Origin: an uncultured Pelagibacteraceae bacterium
GTDB lineage: Bacteria; Pseudomonadota; Alphaproteobacteria; Pelagibacterales; Pelagibacteraceae
NCBI GenBank assembly: GCA_902519255.1
Contig: CABYIV010000003.1
Coordinates: 15,641-79,640 of the forward strand
Reading direction: 5' to 3'
DNA: 64,000 nt
Position 1 is the stretch's first letter. Each line of letters starts with the position of its first letter. The notes under the pieces were generated by a model. That model did no database searches. It was not told the origin of the DNA and was given only the letters and a program-made list of their open reading frames with translations. Below, one piece after another: positions 28,522 to 38,966 of the stretch. The position numbers were made by a program, and so were the translations under genes.

Positions 28522-29294
28522 TAACGAATGTTAACACTAACAGAACCGATTTTATCAACTGTTCCTTTGTATAATCCTTTTCCTTTAAATGGAACTACTC
28601 CCACAGTTGAGCCTGTGAAAACATAAAAATCTTTATTTAATTTTATCTTTTCTTTTTTAACTTTATTTAAAACAAATCTTAAAGAATTTAATGGGTTAAT
28701 ATAAACAATATTTGTATTACCATTTACTTTTACTCCATTTTTCTTACTAACTAATGATGTTTTTAAATTATTTAAGTTTAATTTTTTAAATTTTGTTTTT
28801 CTTCCAACAACAAATTTGATGTTAAATCCAAAATCCCCACAAATGTCGCCTAAATACGTAAATTTTTTATTTCTTTGTCTAAATCCAACTATTTCAAAAC
28901 AAGGCCCCATAAATTTAATAAATTTAGTGACATTTGATTTTGTGACTTTTCCTTTAAAATCAAAGAAAGATTTCTTAATAAAATAATAAACTTCAACCTC
29001 TATACCTTTAGTGTGTTGGTTTATTTTTACTTTTTGACCGGATTTAACTAATCTTTTTTTAAATACTTTTGCTGTAAAAGGTTCTTTTTCTTTTAATTTT
29101 TTTAAAGCTTGAATTCCAGTTCCGCCAGCTTTTATTCCAATTGTTTCATCTTTAATTTGATCTTCACACAATTTTCTAAGTTTGTTGGCTAAATTAATAT
29201 TTTTACAATATTTTACTGGGATAGGATTGATGACTGTATTTGTGTTGAAAGCTTTTACAAGTCTTCCAGCGATACGATTAATTTCATTTTTCAT
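28521..29294 (-). CDS. FAH-superfamily 2-keto-4-pentenoate hydratase-like protein
   Basis: GIKAG, IEVE, CFEIV, NPLNSL, VFTGS. Confidence 0.65.
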   Translation of the reverse strand: MKNEINRIAGRLVKAFNTNTVINPIPVKYCKNINLANKLRKLCEDQIKDETIGIKAGGTGIQALKKLKEKEPFTAKVFKKRLVKSGQKVKINQHTKGIEVEVYYFIKKSFFDFKGKVTKSNVTKFIKFMGPCFEIVGFRQRNKKFTYLGDICGDFGFNIKFVVGRKTKFKKLNLNNLKTSLVSKKNGVKVNGNTNIVYINPLNSLRFVLNKVKKEKIKLNKDFYVFTGSTVGVVPFKGKGLYKGTVDKIGSVSVNIR

Positions 29295-29303
29295 AGCCAG
29301 AAC

Positions 29304-30092
29304 TTATTGAAGAATGCTCATAGGATCAAGTCTAGTTTGAAACCAATTTATCCTAAAATCTAAATGAGGCCCAGTTGATCTTCCTGTAGATCCAACAGTT
29401 CCAATAATTTCTCCTTGTTTAACTTCATCACCAACTTTAACCATTACATTCTCAAGGTGTGAATATATTGTTGAAATTCCGTGTCCGTGATCCATTATTA
29501 CAGTACCACCTGTATAATAAAGATCATCTTCCGCCATTGTGACTACTCCTGTTCCAGATGATTTTATTTCCGTTCCCTGTTTAGCTGCAATATCAATCCC
29601 ATAGTGAGGCCATTTTGGTTTACCATTAAGAATTCTTTGGCTACCGTAAACTCCACTAATTATTCCTTTAACTGGCATAATAAATTGTTCAGTAAAGAAA
29701 GTTAAATCTGAATTTATGGCTCTTGCTTTTCCAATTCTTCCATTTTCCTCTTTAATTCTTTTATAAACAGATTCTGGTGGTGTAACTTTATTTTCAGGCA
29801 GACCATCTATTCTTTGAATATTATATTTTCTCTTAAAAACTTTTTTTATAATTTTATTTTTTTTACCATTATTTATTTCAGTAATGGCTACATCGAATTT
29901 TCGATCTCTATCTATACCAAACACGAAATATCCATCCTCAGATACTTTAACTTGTGTTTTATCTACAAATACCTTTGATCCAGCTTCTGCTTTACCTAAA
30001 ATAAAATGTCCTTGTAAAAATTTACCTTGAAACTCTAAAGCATGAGTGTGTGTAGAAAATATAATTGCTAGAAAAAGCAACAATTTTTTCAT
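29304..30092 (-). CDS. M23 family metallopeptidase
   Basis: HYGID (HxxxD), YSHL, GSTGRSTGPHL. Start set at MKKLLL, coupled to the upstream stop. Confidence 0.88.
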   Translation of the reverse strand: MKKLLLFLAIIFSTHTHALEFQGKFLQGHFILGKAEAGSKVFVDKTQVKVSEDGYFVFGIDRDRKFDVAITEINNGKKNKIIKKVFKRKYNIQRIDGLPENKVTPPESVYKRIKEENGRIGKARAINSDLTFFTEQFIMPVKGIISGVYGSQRILNGKPKWPHYGIDIAAKQGTEIKSSGTGVVTMAEDDLYYTGGTVIMDHGHGISTIYSHLENVMVKVGDEVKQGEIIGTVGSTGRSTGPHLDFRINWFQTRLDPMSILQ

Positions 30093-30850
30093 TATTTTGC
30101 TGTCCAACCCCCATCAATTACAATTGATGTCCCAGTTATCATACTTGATGCATCTGACGCTAAAAAACATACTGCAGTGGCCACATCCGACTCTGTTGCA
30201 AATTTACCCATTGGTATATTACTTAAAGCAAGTTGTTTAAATTTTTTATTTTTAAAAAATCTTTTAACCATTGGCGTTTCAACAAAAGTTGGAGCAATAG
30301 TATTAACTCTTATCTTTTTTGATGCAAGTTCAACACTCATTCCTTTAGTTAATCCTTCAATTCCAAATTTAGTCATGTTGTAAATATTTCTTCCTGACAT
30401 ACCAACATGTCCTAACTGTGAAGAAATATTAATAATTGATCCACCTTTTTTTTTATTTTTTAGCATTTTTAGAACTACTAATTGTGCAACATTAAATGCT
30501 GCTTTCATGTTTAAATCTACAAGATAATTCATACTAGATTGTTTTATTTTTTCGAAAGGTTCAGGAATATTTGTTCCAGCGTTATTCAATAATATATCAA
30601 CTTTTTTAATTTTTTTTAATTTAGAATAGAGATCCTCATAGTCCATTATATCACAATTTATTTTAACTAATTTTCCTTTAACTTTTTTTATATCTTTTTG
30701 AAGTTTATCAAGATCTTTAGAAGTTCTGCTAATACCAATTATAGTTGCGCCTGCTTCAGCAAGAGCTATTGAAGATGCTCTACCAATACCTTTTCCTGCA
30801 CCAGTAACTAAAGCAACTTTATTTTTTAAATTAATTTTTTTTAAATACAT
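30092..30850 (-). CDS. Short-chain dehydrogenase/reductase
   Basis: TGAGKGIG, NNAG, YNMTK (YxxxK). Confidence 0.9.
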   Translation of the reverse strand: MYLKKINLKNKVALVTGAGKGIGRASSIALAEAGATIIGISRTSKDLDKLQKDIKKVKGKLVKINCDIMDYEDLYSKLKKIKKVDILLNNAGTNIPEPFEKIKQSSMNYLVDLNMKAAFNVAQLVVLKMLKNKKKGGSIINISSQLGHVGMSGRNIYNMTKFGIEGLTKGMSVELASKKIRVNTIAPTFVETPMVKRFFKNKKFKQLALSNIPMGKFATESDVATAVCFLASDASSMITGTSIVIDGGWTAK

Positions 30851-31429
30851 TTATAAAAATAGTTTTACATCCGTATATATTAGTTCTATTGCAACAAATA
30901 ATATTGCTAATAATCCAACCCATCCTATCCATTTATACTTTTTAATCCAGCCAGATATCAATGTTGCTGCAGTAGCCATTAAAACTATTGATAAAACTAG
31001 ACCAAATATTAATAACATGTAGTGATCTCTAGCTGCACCCGCTACTCCTAATACATTATCTAAACTCATTGTTACATCTGCTAGAATTACAGTTGTTATA
31101 GCTTTCATAAATGATGAGTTATCTACTTTTTTGATATTTTCTTCAGCGTTACTATTCATTTTAATTACATCCTCATAAAGTCTGTAACATATATAAAGTA
31201 GTAATATTCCACCTATAAGTCTAAGTCCTGTGATTTGTAATAGATAAGCAGTTATTAGTGTAAATATAATTCTTAAAACTACCGCTGCTCCAATTCCCCA
31301 AAAAATAATTTTTTTTCTTTGCTCGGTTGGAAATTGAGAAGCAACCATTCCAATTATAATTGCGTTGTCTCCTGCTAAAACTAAATCAATAAAAACTATT
31401 TGAAAAAAAATTACTATTTGTTCGGTCAT
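30851..31429 (-). CDS. TerC/YjbE family membrane protein
   Basis: DLVLAGDNA and DVTMSLDNV motifs. Confidence 0.9.
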   Translation of the reverse strand: MTEQIVIFFQIVFIDLVLAGDNAIIIGMVASQFPTEQRKKIIFWGIGAAVVLRIIFTLITAYLLQITGLRLIGGILLLYICYRLYEDVIKMNSNAEENIKKVDNSSFMKAITTVILADVTMSLDNVLGVAGAARDHYMLLIFGLVLSIVLMATAATLISGWIKKYKWIGWVGLLAILFVAIELIYTDVKLFL

Positions 31430-33030
31430 CTTCTACTATCCTCAATTATCATATCAGCTGCTTTTTCCGCAATCATTATTGTCGGTGCATTTGTATTTCC
31501 TGATGTGATATGAGGCATAACAGAGGCATCTACAACCCTTAAATTTTCTAGTCCGTGAGCGACTAATCTATCATTAACAACAGCATTTTCATCTTTACCC
31601 ATTCTACATGTGCTCACCGGATGGAATATAGTATTCGCAAATTTTCCAGCTTCAGTTGCTAATTCTTCATTATCAGTAATATTGATTCCCGGTCTAAGCT
31701 CTTCAGGTTGATAATCTTTATAAGCTTTAGATTCCATAACAATTTTTCTTACAATCTTTAATGCTTTTCCAGCAATCTCACGATCTTCATCGGTTGATAA
31801 ATAATTCATTTTTATTTTTGGTGAAACTCTGGTGTCTGGAGATTTTAATTCTATAGATCCTCTGCTTGTTGGTCTTACATTTGTAATTGTTGGAGTGAAC
31901 GCTGGAAATTTATGTAAAGCTGATTTTCCTAAAAGATCGGTACTTGCTGGTGAAATATGAAATTGAAGATTTGGAGTTTCTAAATGTTCATCACTTTTAA
32001 CAAAACCACAAACATAACTAGCACCAACTGTTAGAGGTCCTTTTCTTAAGAGAAGAAACTTTAAACCAGACAACATTTTTTTAGTAAAGCTGTAGTAAAT
32101 ATCATTTAAAGTTTCCAAATTTTTAACTTTATAAACAGGCCTTAGCATTAAATGATCAGTTAGATTTCTCCCAACTCCTTGATGATCTTTTAATACATTA
32201 ATATTATTTTCTTTTAGAAGTTCTCCTGGACCAATTCCTGATGCTTGTAATATATGAGGCGAGCCTATTGTACCTGCGCTTAATATAATTTCTTTATTAG
32301 TTTCAACTGAAAATTCTTTTCCCTCTATCCAATAATTTACTTTTTTTGCTTTATTATTTTCAAATTCTATATTTTTAATGTGAGCCTTAGTAATAATTTT
32401 TAAATTTTTTCTATTCTTAACTGGATTTAAATAACCTACAGCTGTACTACATCTAAAGCCATTTTTGATCGTAAATGGAAAATATCCCATACCTTCATTA
32501 TCACCGTTGTTAAAATCTTCAGTTCTTTTATAGCCATGCTCTTCAGCAGCCTCTAAAAATAGATCGAGAACTTTAAATGTTGCTCTAATTTTTTCTACTG
32601 CAATAGGCCCTCCAGAACCATGAAATTCATTTTCTCCAAATTGAAAATCTTCAGATTTTTTAAAATAGGGCAGAACATCATCCCACGACCAACCAACATT
32701 ACCTAATTGTCTCCAATAATTATAATCATTAGATTGACCTCTGATGTAAAGCATTCCATTAATAGATGAGCTTCCACCAAGTGTTTTACCCCTTGGATAA
32801 ACCATTTGCCTGTTATCGCAGTTTGGTTCTTTTTCAGTATTAAAACACCAGTCGGTATCTGGATTGTGCATCGTTTTAAAATAACCCCCTGGGATATGGA
32901 TCCAAGGATTGGTGTCTTTGCCGCCGGCCTCAAGTAAAAGAACTTTAGTATCAGGGTTTGCTGTTAATCTATTAGCCAAGACACAGCCTGCGGATCCTGC
33001 ACCAATAATTATGTAATCAAATTTATCCAT
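31426..33030 (-). CDS. GMC oxidoreductase (choline dehydrogenase-like)
   Basis: GAGSAG, LGGSSSINGM, IFHPVSTC, SGNTNAP. Confidence 0.9.
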   Translation of the reverse strand: MDKFDYIIIGAGSAGCVLANRLTANPDTKVLLLEAGGKDTNPWIHIPGGYFKTMHNPDTDWCFNTEKEPNCDNRQMVYPRGKTLGGSSSINGMLYIRGQSNDYNYWRQLGNVGWSWDDVLPYFKKSEDFQFGENEFHGSGGPIAVEKIRATFKVLDLFLEAAEEHGYKRTEDFNNGDNEGMGYFPFTIKNGFRCSTAVGYLNPVKNRKNLKIITKAHIKNIEFENNKAKKVNYWIEGKEFSVETNKEIILSAGTIGSPHILQASGIGPGELLKENNINVLKDHQGVGRNLTDHLMLRPVYKVKNLETLNDIYYSFTKKMLSGLKFLLLRKGPLTVGASYVCGFVKSDEHLETPNLQFHISPASTDLLGKSALHKFPAFTPTITNVRPTSRGSIELKSPDTRVSPKIKMNYLSTDEDREIAGKALKIVRKIVMESKAYKDYQPEELRPGINITDNEELATEAGKFANTIFHPVSTCRMGKDENAVVNDRLVAHGLENLRVVDASVMPHITSGNTNAPTIMIAEKAADMIIEDSRR

Positions 33031-33165
33031 ATTTTTTATAAATAATCTTTAATGAATATTTAATGATTTTAAACATTTTTCTCATAAAAACGTCGAAATG
33101 ACACTTGTATGTGGCTTTGATTTTTGAGAGGATCTTCACATTATAAATAAAAAGAGAGGGATATA

Positions 33166-34263
33166 ATGAAAAAAATCGTTTCAGCGTTGTTTGCTGCTTT
33201 CTTAGTGTTTGGATTTATTTCAAATGCGAATGCTGCAAAAACATTAAAGTGTCAGACGGTTATTAGCGCTAAAGGTGATGAAGCGGTAATGTTAAAAGAC
33301 TTTACTGACAACGTAACAAAACTAACAGGTGGATCTCTAAAATTTGAAATTATGCCAGCAGGAACAGTAGTTGGAGTTAAAGAAACTCTTGATGCTGTTG
33401 ATAAAGGTTTGATTGATTGCGGATTTGCTTGGACTCACTATTGGTCTGGAGAACATCCAGCTGCTATGTTATTTGGTTCGCCAGTAGCAGGTGGTGGTGT
33501 AGGAATTGATAATATCGCATTCTTATCATGGTTTTTATATGGTGGTGGAGAACAACTATATGACAGACTTTGGGGAGAAATGAAAAGAGACATTAAAGGT
33601 TTCATGCTTCAACCAGTTGGTCCAGAAGCTTTAGGATGGTTCCCAAGAAAAATCAAAGACATGGATGATTTCAGAACATTTAAGTTCAGAACTCCTCCAG
33701 GAATTCCAGGTCAAACTTATAAAGACATTGGAATAGCTTCAGTTGCAATGGGTGGTGGAGATATTCTTCCAGCATTGGAAGCAGGAACTATTGATGCTGC
33801 TGAGTGGTGTTGTCCTCAACCAGATAAAGTGTTTGGTATTCATAAAGTATTAAAACACTACTATCTACAAGGTTTACACCAAGTAGTCGTAAATGCTGAC
33901 TTTTACTTAAATAAAAGCACTTACGATAAGTTCACTGACCATGAGAAATTTTCAATGAAGATGGCTGCTGATGCATCGTTGATGAGAGCTTTAGCTTACA
34001 GAATCAACACTAATGGATTGGCACTTAAAGATCTAACTGAAAATCATGGTGTGATACTTGAAGATACACCAGCTGATTATTTCCCAGCTTATATGGCTGC
34101 AGCGAAAGCAACTTTAGAGAAAAATGCAAAAGAAAACGCATTCTTTAAAGAAGTTTATGATTCAATGATAAGCTTTGCTAATACTGCTGTACCATTCTGG
34201 TCTGGTGCACAAACATCGAATGCTAAGCTAGGAATGGCTTATGCTAATTCGTTGAAGAAATAA
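33166..34263 (+). CDS. TRAP substrate-binding protein (TakP-like subfamily)
   Basis: Signal peptide, GWFPRKI, FRTP, GTIDAAEW. SD AGAGGG. Confidence 0.88.
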   Translation: MKKIVSALFAAFLVFGFISNANAAKTLKCQTVISAKGDEAVMLKDFTDNVTKLTGGSLKFEIMPAGTVVGVKETLDAVDKGLIDCGFAWTHYWSGEHPAAMLFGSPVAGGGVGIDNIAFLSWFLYGGGEQLYDRLWGEMKRDIKGFMLQPVGPEALGWFPRKIKDMDDFRTFKFRTPPGIPGQTYKDIGIASVAMGGGDILPALEAGTIDAAEWCCPQPDKVFGIHKVLKHYYLQGLHQVVVNADFYLNKSTYDKFTDHEKFSMKMAADASLMRALAYRINTNGLALKDLTENHGVILEDTPADYFPAYMAAAKATLEKNAKENAFFKEVYDSMISFANTAVPFWSGAQTSNAKLGMAYANSLKK

Positions 34264-34274
34264 ATAAAGTTATT

Positions 34275-34305
34275 AAGCGGGCTTTTATAAGCCCGCTTTT
34301 TTTTT
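34275..34305 (+). terminator. Intrinsic terminator-like hairpin between SBP and permease genes
   Basis: AAGCGGGCTT-TTAT-AAGCCCGCTT followed by a T-run. Confidence 0.8.
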
Positions 34306-34316
34306 CTAAAATTTAT

Positions 34317-34922
34317 ATGTCGGATAATCCAAAGTTAGATATTTCAGATGAAATGATAGCCGAAAGGCGATCAGGATCTGAAAAGATGCCTGATGATATG
34401 CCAACTTGGATGGCTAAAACTATAGTTAACATAGATAGATTTAGTAAATTAATAGGAAACATAGTTTGCTGGATTACAATCCCACTAATGCTTGGGATGG
34501 TTTATGAGGTTTTAGCAAGAAAATTATTTTTAGCTCCTACAATCTGGGCTTATGATATGAGCAGATTTTTTTATGGAGCATTGTTTATGTTAGGAGCAGG
34601 ATATGCTCTTTCAAAAGGTGTTCATATTAGAGCAGATTTTTTATATAGAAATTTTAAAGTTAAAACTCAAGGCAGAATAGATTTTTGGCTTTACTTATTA
34701 TTTTATTTTCCAGGATTAATAGTCTTTTTGTATATGACAACAGGCTTTGTCCAAGAAAGTATAATGAGAAACGAAAGAGGGATGGATACAACATGGATGC
34801 CATATATGTGGCCGATAAAATCTTGTCTATGGATTGGAATTGTTTTTCTTCTTATTCAAGGTATTTCAGAACTTTTTAAAAGTTATTACGCCGCCGTCAA
34901 AGGTAAGTGGCCAGGTAGTTAA
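34317..34922 (+). CDS. TRAP small permease
   Basis: PTIWAYD, GVHIRAD, about 4 TM. Confidence 0.88.
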   Translation: MSDNPKLDISDEMIAERRSGSEKMPDDMPTWMAKTIVNIDRFSKLIGNIVCWITIPLMLGMVYEVLARKLFLAPTIWAYDMSRFFYGALFMLGAGYALSKGVHIRADFLYRNFKVKTQGRIDFWLYLLFYFPGLIVFLYMTTGFVQESIMRNERGMDTTWMPYMWPIKSCLWIGIVFLLIQGISELFKSYYAAVKGKWPGS

Positions 34923-36259
34923 TGCTTTCACATTTAATAGATCCAGCAATTTTAGGTTTCATACTTATTGGTGTGATGTTGTTTGCAATATTTATTGGAT
35001 TTCCAATTTCATTTACTCTTATTTTTTTAGGATTTGTTTTTGGATACTTAGGTTTTGGAAAATTAGTTTTCTATTTAATGACACTACAATTTTCGATGGT
35101 AATGACCGAACAAACTCTCGCCGCTGTCCCCTTATTTGTATTTATGGGAATAATGATGGAACAAGCAGGTTTAATGGAGAGATTATTCTCAGCTTTCCAA
35201 ATGATGTTGGCAAGAGTTAGAGGTTCTTTATATTATGCAGTTTTATTTGTTTCTGTAATATTTGCTGCTGCAACTGGAATAGTTGGTGCATCAGTTACAA
35301 TTCTTGGAATTATGGCTGCAAAATCAATGAATAGATCAAACTATGATGTAAAATTAGCTGCTGGTACGATTACTGCTGGAGGAACTTTAGGTATTCTAAT
35401 TCCACCGAGCATTATGCTTGTAGTTATGGGTCCAATTATGGAAATTCCTGTAACTGATTTATTCGCAGCTGCAATAGTTCCAGGAATATTGTTGGCATGC
35501 TTATATGCTGCATATACTACATTCAGATGTATGATGAACCCAAAATTAGGTCCACCTATACCAGAAGAATTAAGAACAACAGATTTAAAAAAATTATGGC
35601 TAGAATTTTTCTTAGGATTAGTGCCACCCGCTGCATTAGTATTTGCTGCATTAGGAAGTATTTTATTTGGTTTTGCTACACCAACAGAAGCTGCAGGATG
35701 TGGAGCAGGTGGTGCATTATTGCTTTCTTTAGCTTACAGAAAATTAACATTAAAAAAATTACAAGATGCTTTAGTTAAAACTCTAGAGATTTCTGCATTA
35801 ATTATGGTTTTAGTTGCTGCTTCTAATTTCTTTGGAGCAGTGTTTGCAAGATTAGGAACCCCAATGGTTTTAACAGATTTCCTTTTGTCACTTGAGATGA
35901 ATAAATATTTAATTTTAGGAATAATCATGATTATGATTTTTCTTTTAGGATGGCCTTTAGAGTGGGTACCAATTGTTATGATAGTCGTTCCTATTATTTT
36001 ACCATTAGTTGAAGCATTAGGATTTAATTTAACTTGGTTTGCAATTCTTGTTGCTGTTAATTTGCAAACCGCCTGGCTCTCACCCCCCGTAGCATTATCT
36101 GCGTATTTTTTAAAAGGAGTAGTTCCAAGTTGGGATTTAAAAGATATTTATCTTGGAATGATGCAGTTCATGGTATTGCAGATAATTGGATTAATTATAA
36201 TCATAGCGTATCCAAAAATAGTACTGTGGTTGCCAACTCTCTTATATGGACAGCAGTAA
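34922..36259 (+). CDS. TRAP large permease
   Basis: AVPLFVFMG, LIPPSIML, LSPPV. Confidence 0.92.
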   Translation: MLSHLIDPAILGFILIGVMLFAIFIGFPISFTLIFLGFVFGYLGFGKLVFYLMTLQFSMVMTEQTLAAVPLFVFMGIMMEQAGLMERLFSAFQMMLARVRGSLYYAVLFVSVIFAAATGIVGASVTILGIMAAKSMNRSNYDVKLAAGTITAGGTLGILIPPSIMLVVMGPIMEIPVTDLFAAAIVPGILLACLYAAYTTFRCMMNPKLGPPIPEELRTTDLKKLWLEFFLGLVPPAALVFAALGSILFGFATPTEAAGCGAGGALLLSLAYRKLTLKKLQDALVKTLEISALIMVLVAASNFFGAVFARLGTPMVLTDFLLSLEMNKYLILGIIMIMIFLLGWPLEWVPIVMIVVPIILPLVEALGFNLTWFAILVAVNLQTAWLSPPVALSAYFLKGVVPSWDLKDIYLGMMQFMVLQIIGLIIIIAYPKIVLWLPTLLYGQQ

Positions 36260-36281
36260 ATAATTGATTAATATCATTTAA

Positions 36282-37736
36282 GTGAATCAAAGCGAAAAAT
36301 TTCAATTAAGGAATTGGGAATTAGTTTCAATAAATCCTAATAATCGAGACTGGAGTTGGAAAAATTACTTTAACTTTTGGGCTATAAATATTCAAACAAT
36401 AGTTGGCTTCTCTTTGATATCAGCTTTATATTTATTCTATGATCTGAATTTTTTTGTTGTCTTAATAGGATCATTACTAGCTGGATTATTAGTATTCTTT
36501 TTTGCTAATATCATTGGAAAAATTTCTCAAAGTAGTGGATTAAGTTTTCCAACAATTCTTAGACTTTCAATGGGTTTTACTGGTGCAAGATATGTAGGGA
36601 TGATCAGAGGATTAGTTGGCTTATTCATGTTTGGTGTACAAACATTCTTTATATCAAAGTCTCTAGGTTATATTGCAAGGATCATTCTATTTAAAATCGA
36701 TAATCAAATCTTACAGAATGAAATATTTTTATTATTCTTTTTTGGTTTGAATTTAATTGATTGGGTTTGTTTATTTTTAACTTTAATATTTCAATACATC
36801 CTTTTTACAAAAGGACAGAATTTTTTAAAATCATTTATTAATTTTTCAGGTCTTTCAATATATTTAGGGCTTTCTGTTTTATTAATTGTTATTTTATCTG
36901 AGTATTACAATGAACTACTAAATGGAATAAAACTAAGCTTAGTCTTTAGCAATTTTGCAATTCAATCGAATATAGCTCCTATAATATCAATCACAGGAAC
37001 TCTATTTGCTTATTTTGCTATAGTTATTCTAACTTTTGGAGACTTTTCTAGATACTCAATGAATTACAAGGAAATGACCAAAGGAAATTTAAGTATAATA
37101 TTAAATTTAATATTCTTTTCTTTTTTCTCGGTATTAATCACATTAGGTTCAGATATTATTCTAACTAGCAAAGGTTTAAATGCTTCAAGTCTACTTACTA
37201 ATCCAAATGATATAGTTGGAAAATTTAATAATAATTTTCTAACTTTCTTTTGTTTGATATTTATTATTATCTCTTCGTTATCAACTAATTTGATAGCAAA
37301 TTATATTCCTTCGCAAAATACATTGATAAATTTTTTCCCGAACTCTTTAACGTTAAAAAAAACAGGAATTGTAATATCAATTATTGGATTAATTATTTCA
37401 ACATTTTGGCTTTCAATTTTCAGCAAAGCTAATGTTTTGATATTTGTTGAAGCTGTAGCTACGACTTTTGGCCCAATTTTTGGAGTATTGGTTGCAGATT
37501 ATTATTTGTTTAAAAAACAACAAATTAATCACAAAGAGCTTTTTTATCCTAAAGAACATACAGAATATATTTACAGTAACGGTTGGAACCTCAAAGCATT
37601 GTATGCTCTTTTAATTGGATCAATCTTTTCTTTATCGTCTTTACTAAATGAAAACTTAATACAATATCAATCTTTTGGATGGATTATTGGAGCATTCACA
37701 TCTTATTTAGTATATTATTTATTGAATAATAAATAA
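36282..37736 (+). CDS. NCS1 family nucleobase/allantoin-type permease (divergent)
   Basis: RDWSWKNYFNFW, DFSRY, STNLIAN, ADYY, about 12 TM. Confidence 0.8.
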   Translation: MNQSEKFQLRNWELVSINPNNRDWSWKNYFNFWAINIQTIVGFSLISALYLFYDLNFFVVLIGSLLAGLLVFFFANIIGKISQSSGLSFPTILRLSMGFTGARYVGMIRGLVGLFMFGVQTFFISKSLGYIARIILFKIDNQILQNEIFLLFFFGLNLIDWVCLFLTLIFQYILFTKGQNFLKSFINFSGLSIYLGLSVLLIVILSEYYNELLNGIKLSLVFSNFAIQSNIAPIISITGTLFAYFAIVILTFGDFSRYSMNYKEMTKGNLSIILNLIFFSFFSVLITLGSDIILTSKGLNASSLLTNPNDIVGKFNNNFLTFFCLIFIIISSLSTNLIANYIPSQNTLINFFPNSLTLKKTGIVISIIGLIISTFWLSIFSKANVLIFVEAVATTFGPIFGVLVADYYLFKKQQINHKELFYPKEHTEYIYSNGWNLKALYALLIGSIFSLSSLLNENLIQYQSFGWIIGAFTSYLVYYLLNNK

Positions 37737-37738
37737 TA

Positions 37739-38743
37739 ATGAAAGCGCTTGTCTACACTGGTGTTGAGGAGATGGAATTTAGGGAGGAAAAAGAACCTTC
37801 TGAAAAACCTGGAGAAAGTATTCTTAAAGTTCATGCATCAGGTATCTGTGGCTCAGATATGCATGCTTACCACGGAAAAGACGAGAGAAGAATCCCACCG
37901 TTAATTTTAGGTCATGAAGTTAGTGGTCAAATAATTAACGGAAAGCTTAAAGATCAAATTTCAGTTCTTAATCCATTAATAACTTGTAGAAATTGTGAAT
38001 ACTGCAAGAGCGGAAGAGAACATTTATGTCCAGATAGAGTTCTTTTAGGAATGAATAGACCTTATGAAAGACAAGGTGCGTTTGCTGAACTCATTACAGT
38101 TCCAGATCACAATATTTTCAAAGTTCCTGAAAAGCTTGATGTTAAAGAGGCTGCGGTTGCAGAACCAACAGCAGTTTCATATCATGCAGTATTATTAGCT
38201 GTAGAAGCATCAAAAAAACCATTAAATGAATGTAGAACGCTTGTTCAGGGCGGCGGAGCAATTGGCCTTTTGTGTGCATTAATTTTATCCAAGATCCAAG
38301 GTAATACAAATTTGACAATTTCTGATCCTAATCAAAAAAGACTTAATGAATGCTCCAAATATGTAGATGCAAAAACAGTGTCGCCAGATCATAAAGATAT
38401 AAAAGAGAGCAGCTTTGATTTAGTTTTTGACACTGTTGGACTTGAAGTTTCACGACAACAGGCAATCAGTGTAGTAAAACCAGGAGGAATAATAGTTCAT
38501 ATCGGATTAACCCAGCCTGCTGGATCTTTTAATTTTAGGAAAGCAACCCTTCAAGAAGTTACTTTTATTGGAACTTACTGTTACACAAACAAAGAATTTG
38601 GTGAAACTATTGATATTTTAACTAATAACAAGCTAGGCAAGATAGAATGGATTGAGTACAGAAATCTTAAAGATGGTTGGGGAGCTTTTAAAGAAATTCA
38701 TGATGGAACCTGTTCGGCACCTAAGATAGTGCTTCTGCCTTAA
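37739..38743 (+). CDS. Zinc-dependent alcohol/polyol dehydrogenase (MDR)
   Basis: GICGSD, GHE, CxxCxxC...C, GGGAIG. Confidence 0.9.
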   Translation: MKALVYTGVEEMEFREEKEPSEKPGESILKVHASGICGSDMHAYHGKDERRIPPLILGHEVSGQIINGKLKDQISVLNPLITCRNCEYCKSGREHLCPDRVLLGMNRPYERQGAFAELITVPDHNIFKVPEKLDVKEAAVAEPTAVSYHAVLLAVEASKKPLNECRTLVQGGGAIGLLCALILSKIQGNTNLTISDPNQKRLNECSKYVDAKTVSPDHKDIKESSFDLVFDTVGLEVSRQQAISVVKPGGIIVHIGLTQPAGSFNFRKATLQEVTFIGTYCYTNKEFGETIDILTNNKLGKIEWIEYRNLKDGWGAFKEIHDGTCSAPKIVLLP

Positions 38744-38871
38744 ATTCTTGGTTTTTTAAGAGGTATTAATACCTTTTTTTCTCCGATTTTTTCTGAATTT
38801 TTTGAAATTACAGGTGCAGTTATAATTATAGACCAATAAATCATCAAACCAAAAAGAACTGTTAATTTCAT
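38740..38871 (-). CDS. Possible 43-aa small membrane/secreted protein
   Basis: Hand-translated MKLTVLFGLMIYWSIIITAPVISKNSEK...IPLKKPRI. Stop overlaps the convergent gene's stop. Confidence 0.45.
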   Translation of the reverse strand: MKLTVLFGLMIYWSIIITAPVISKNSEKIGEKKVLIPLKKPRI

Positions 38872-38966
38872 ATCATCTAAATAGAGAACAATAATGAATT
38901 ATGCATGTTTAAATAATGTCAAAATTTTGAATTTGAAAATTATTTTATCTTTTATATAGAGAGGAC

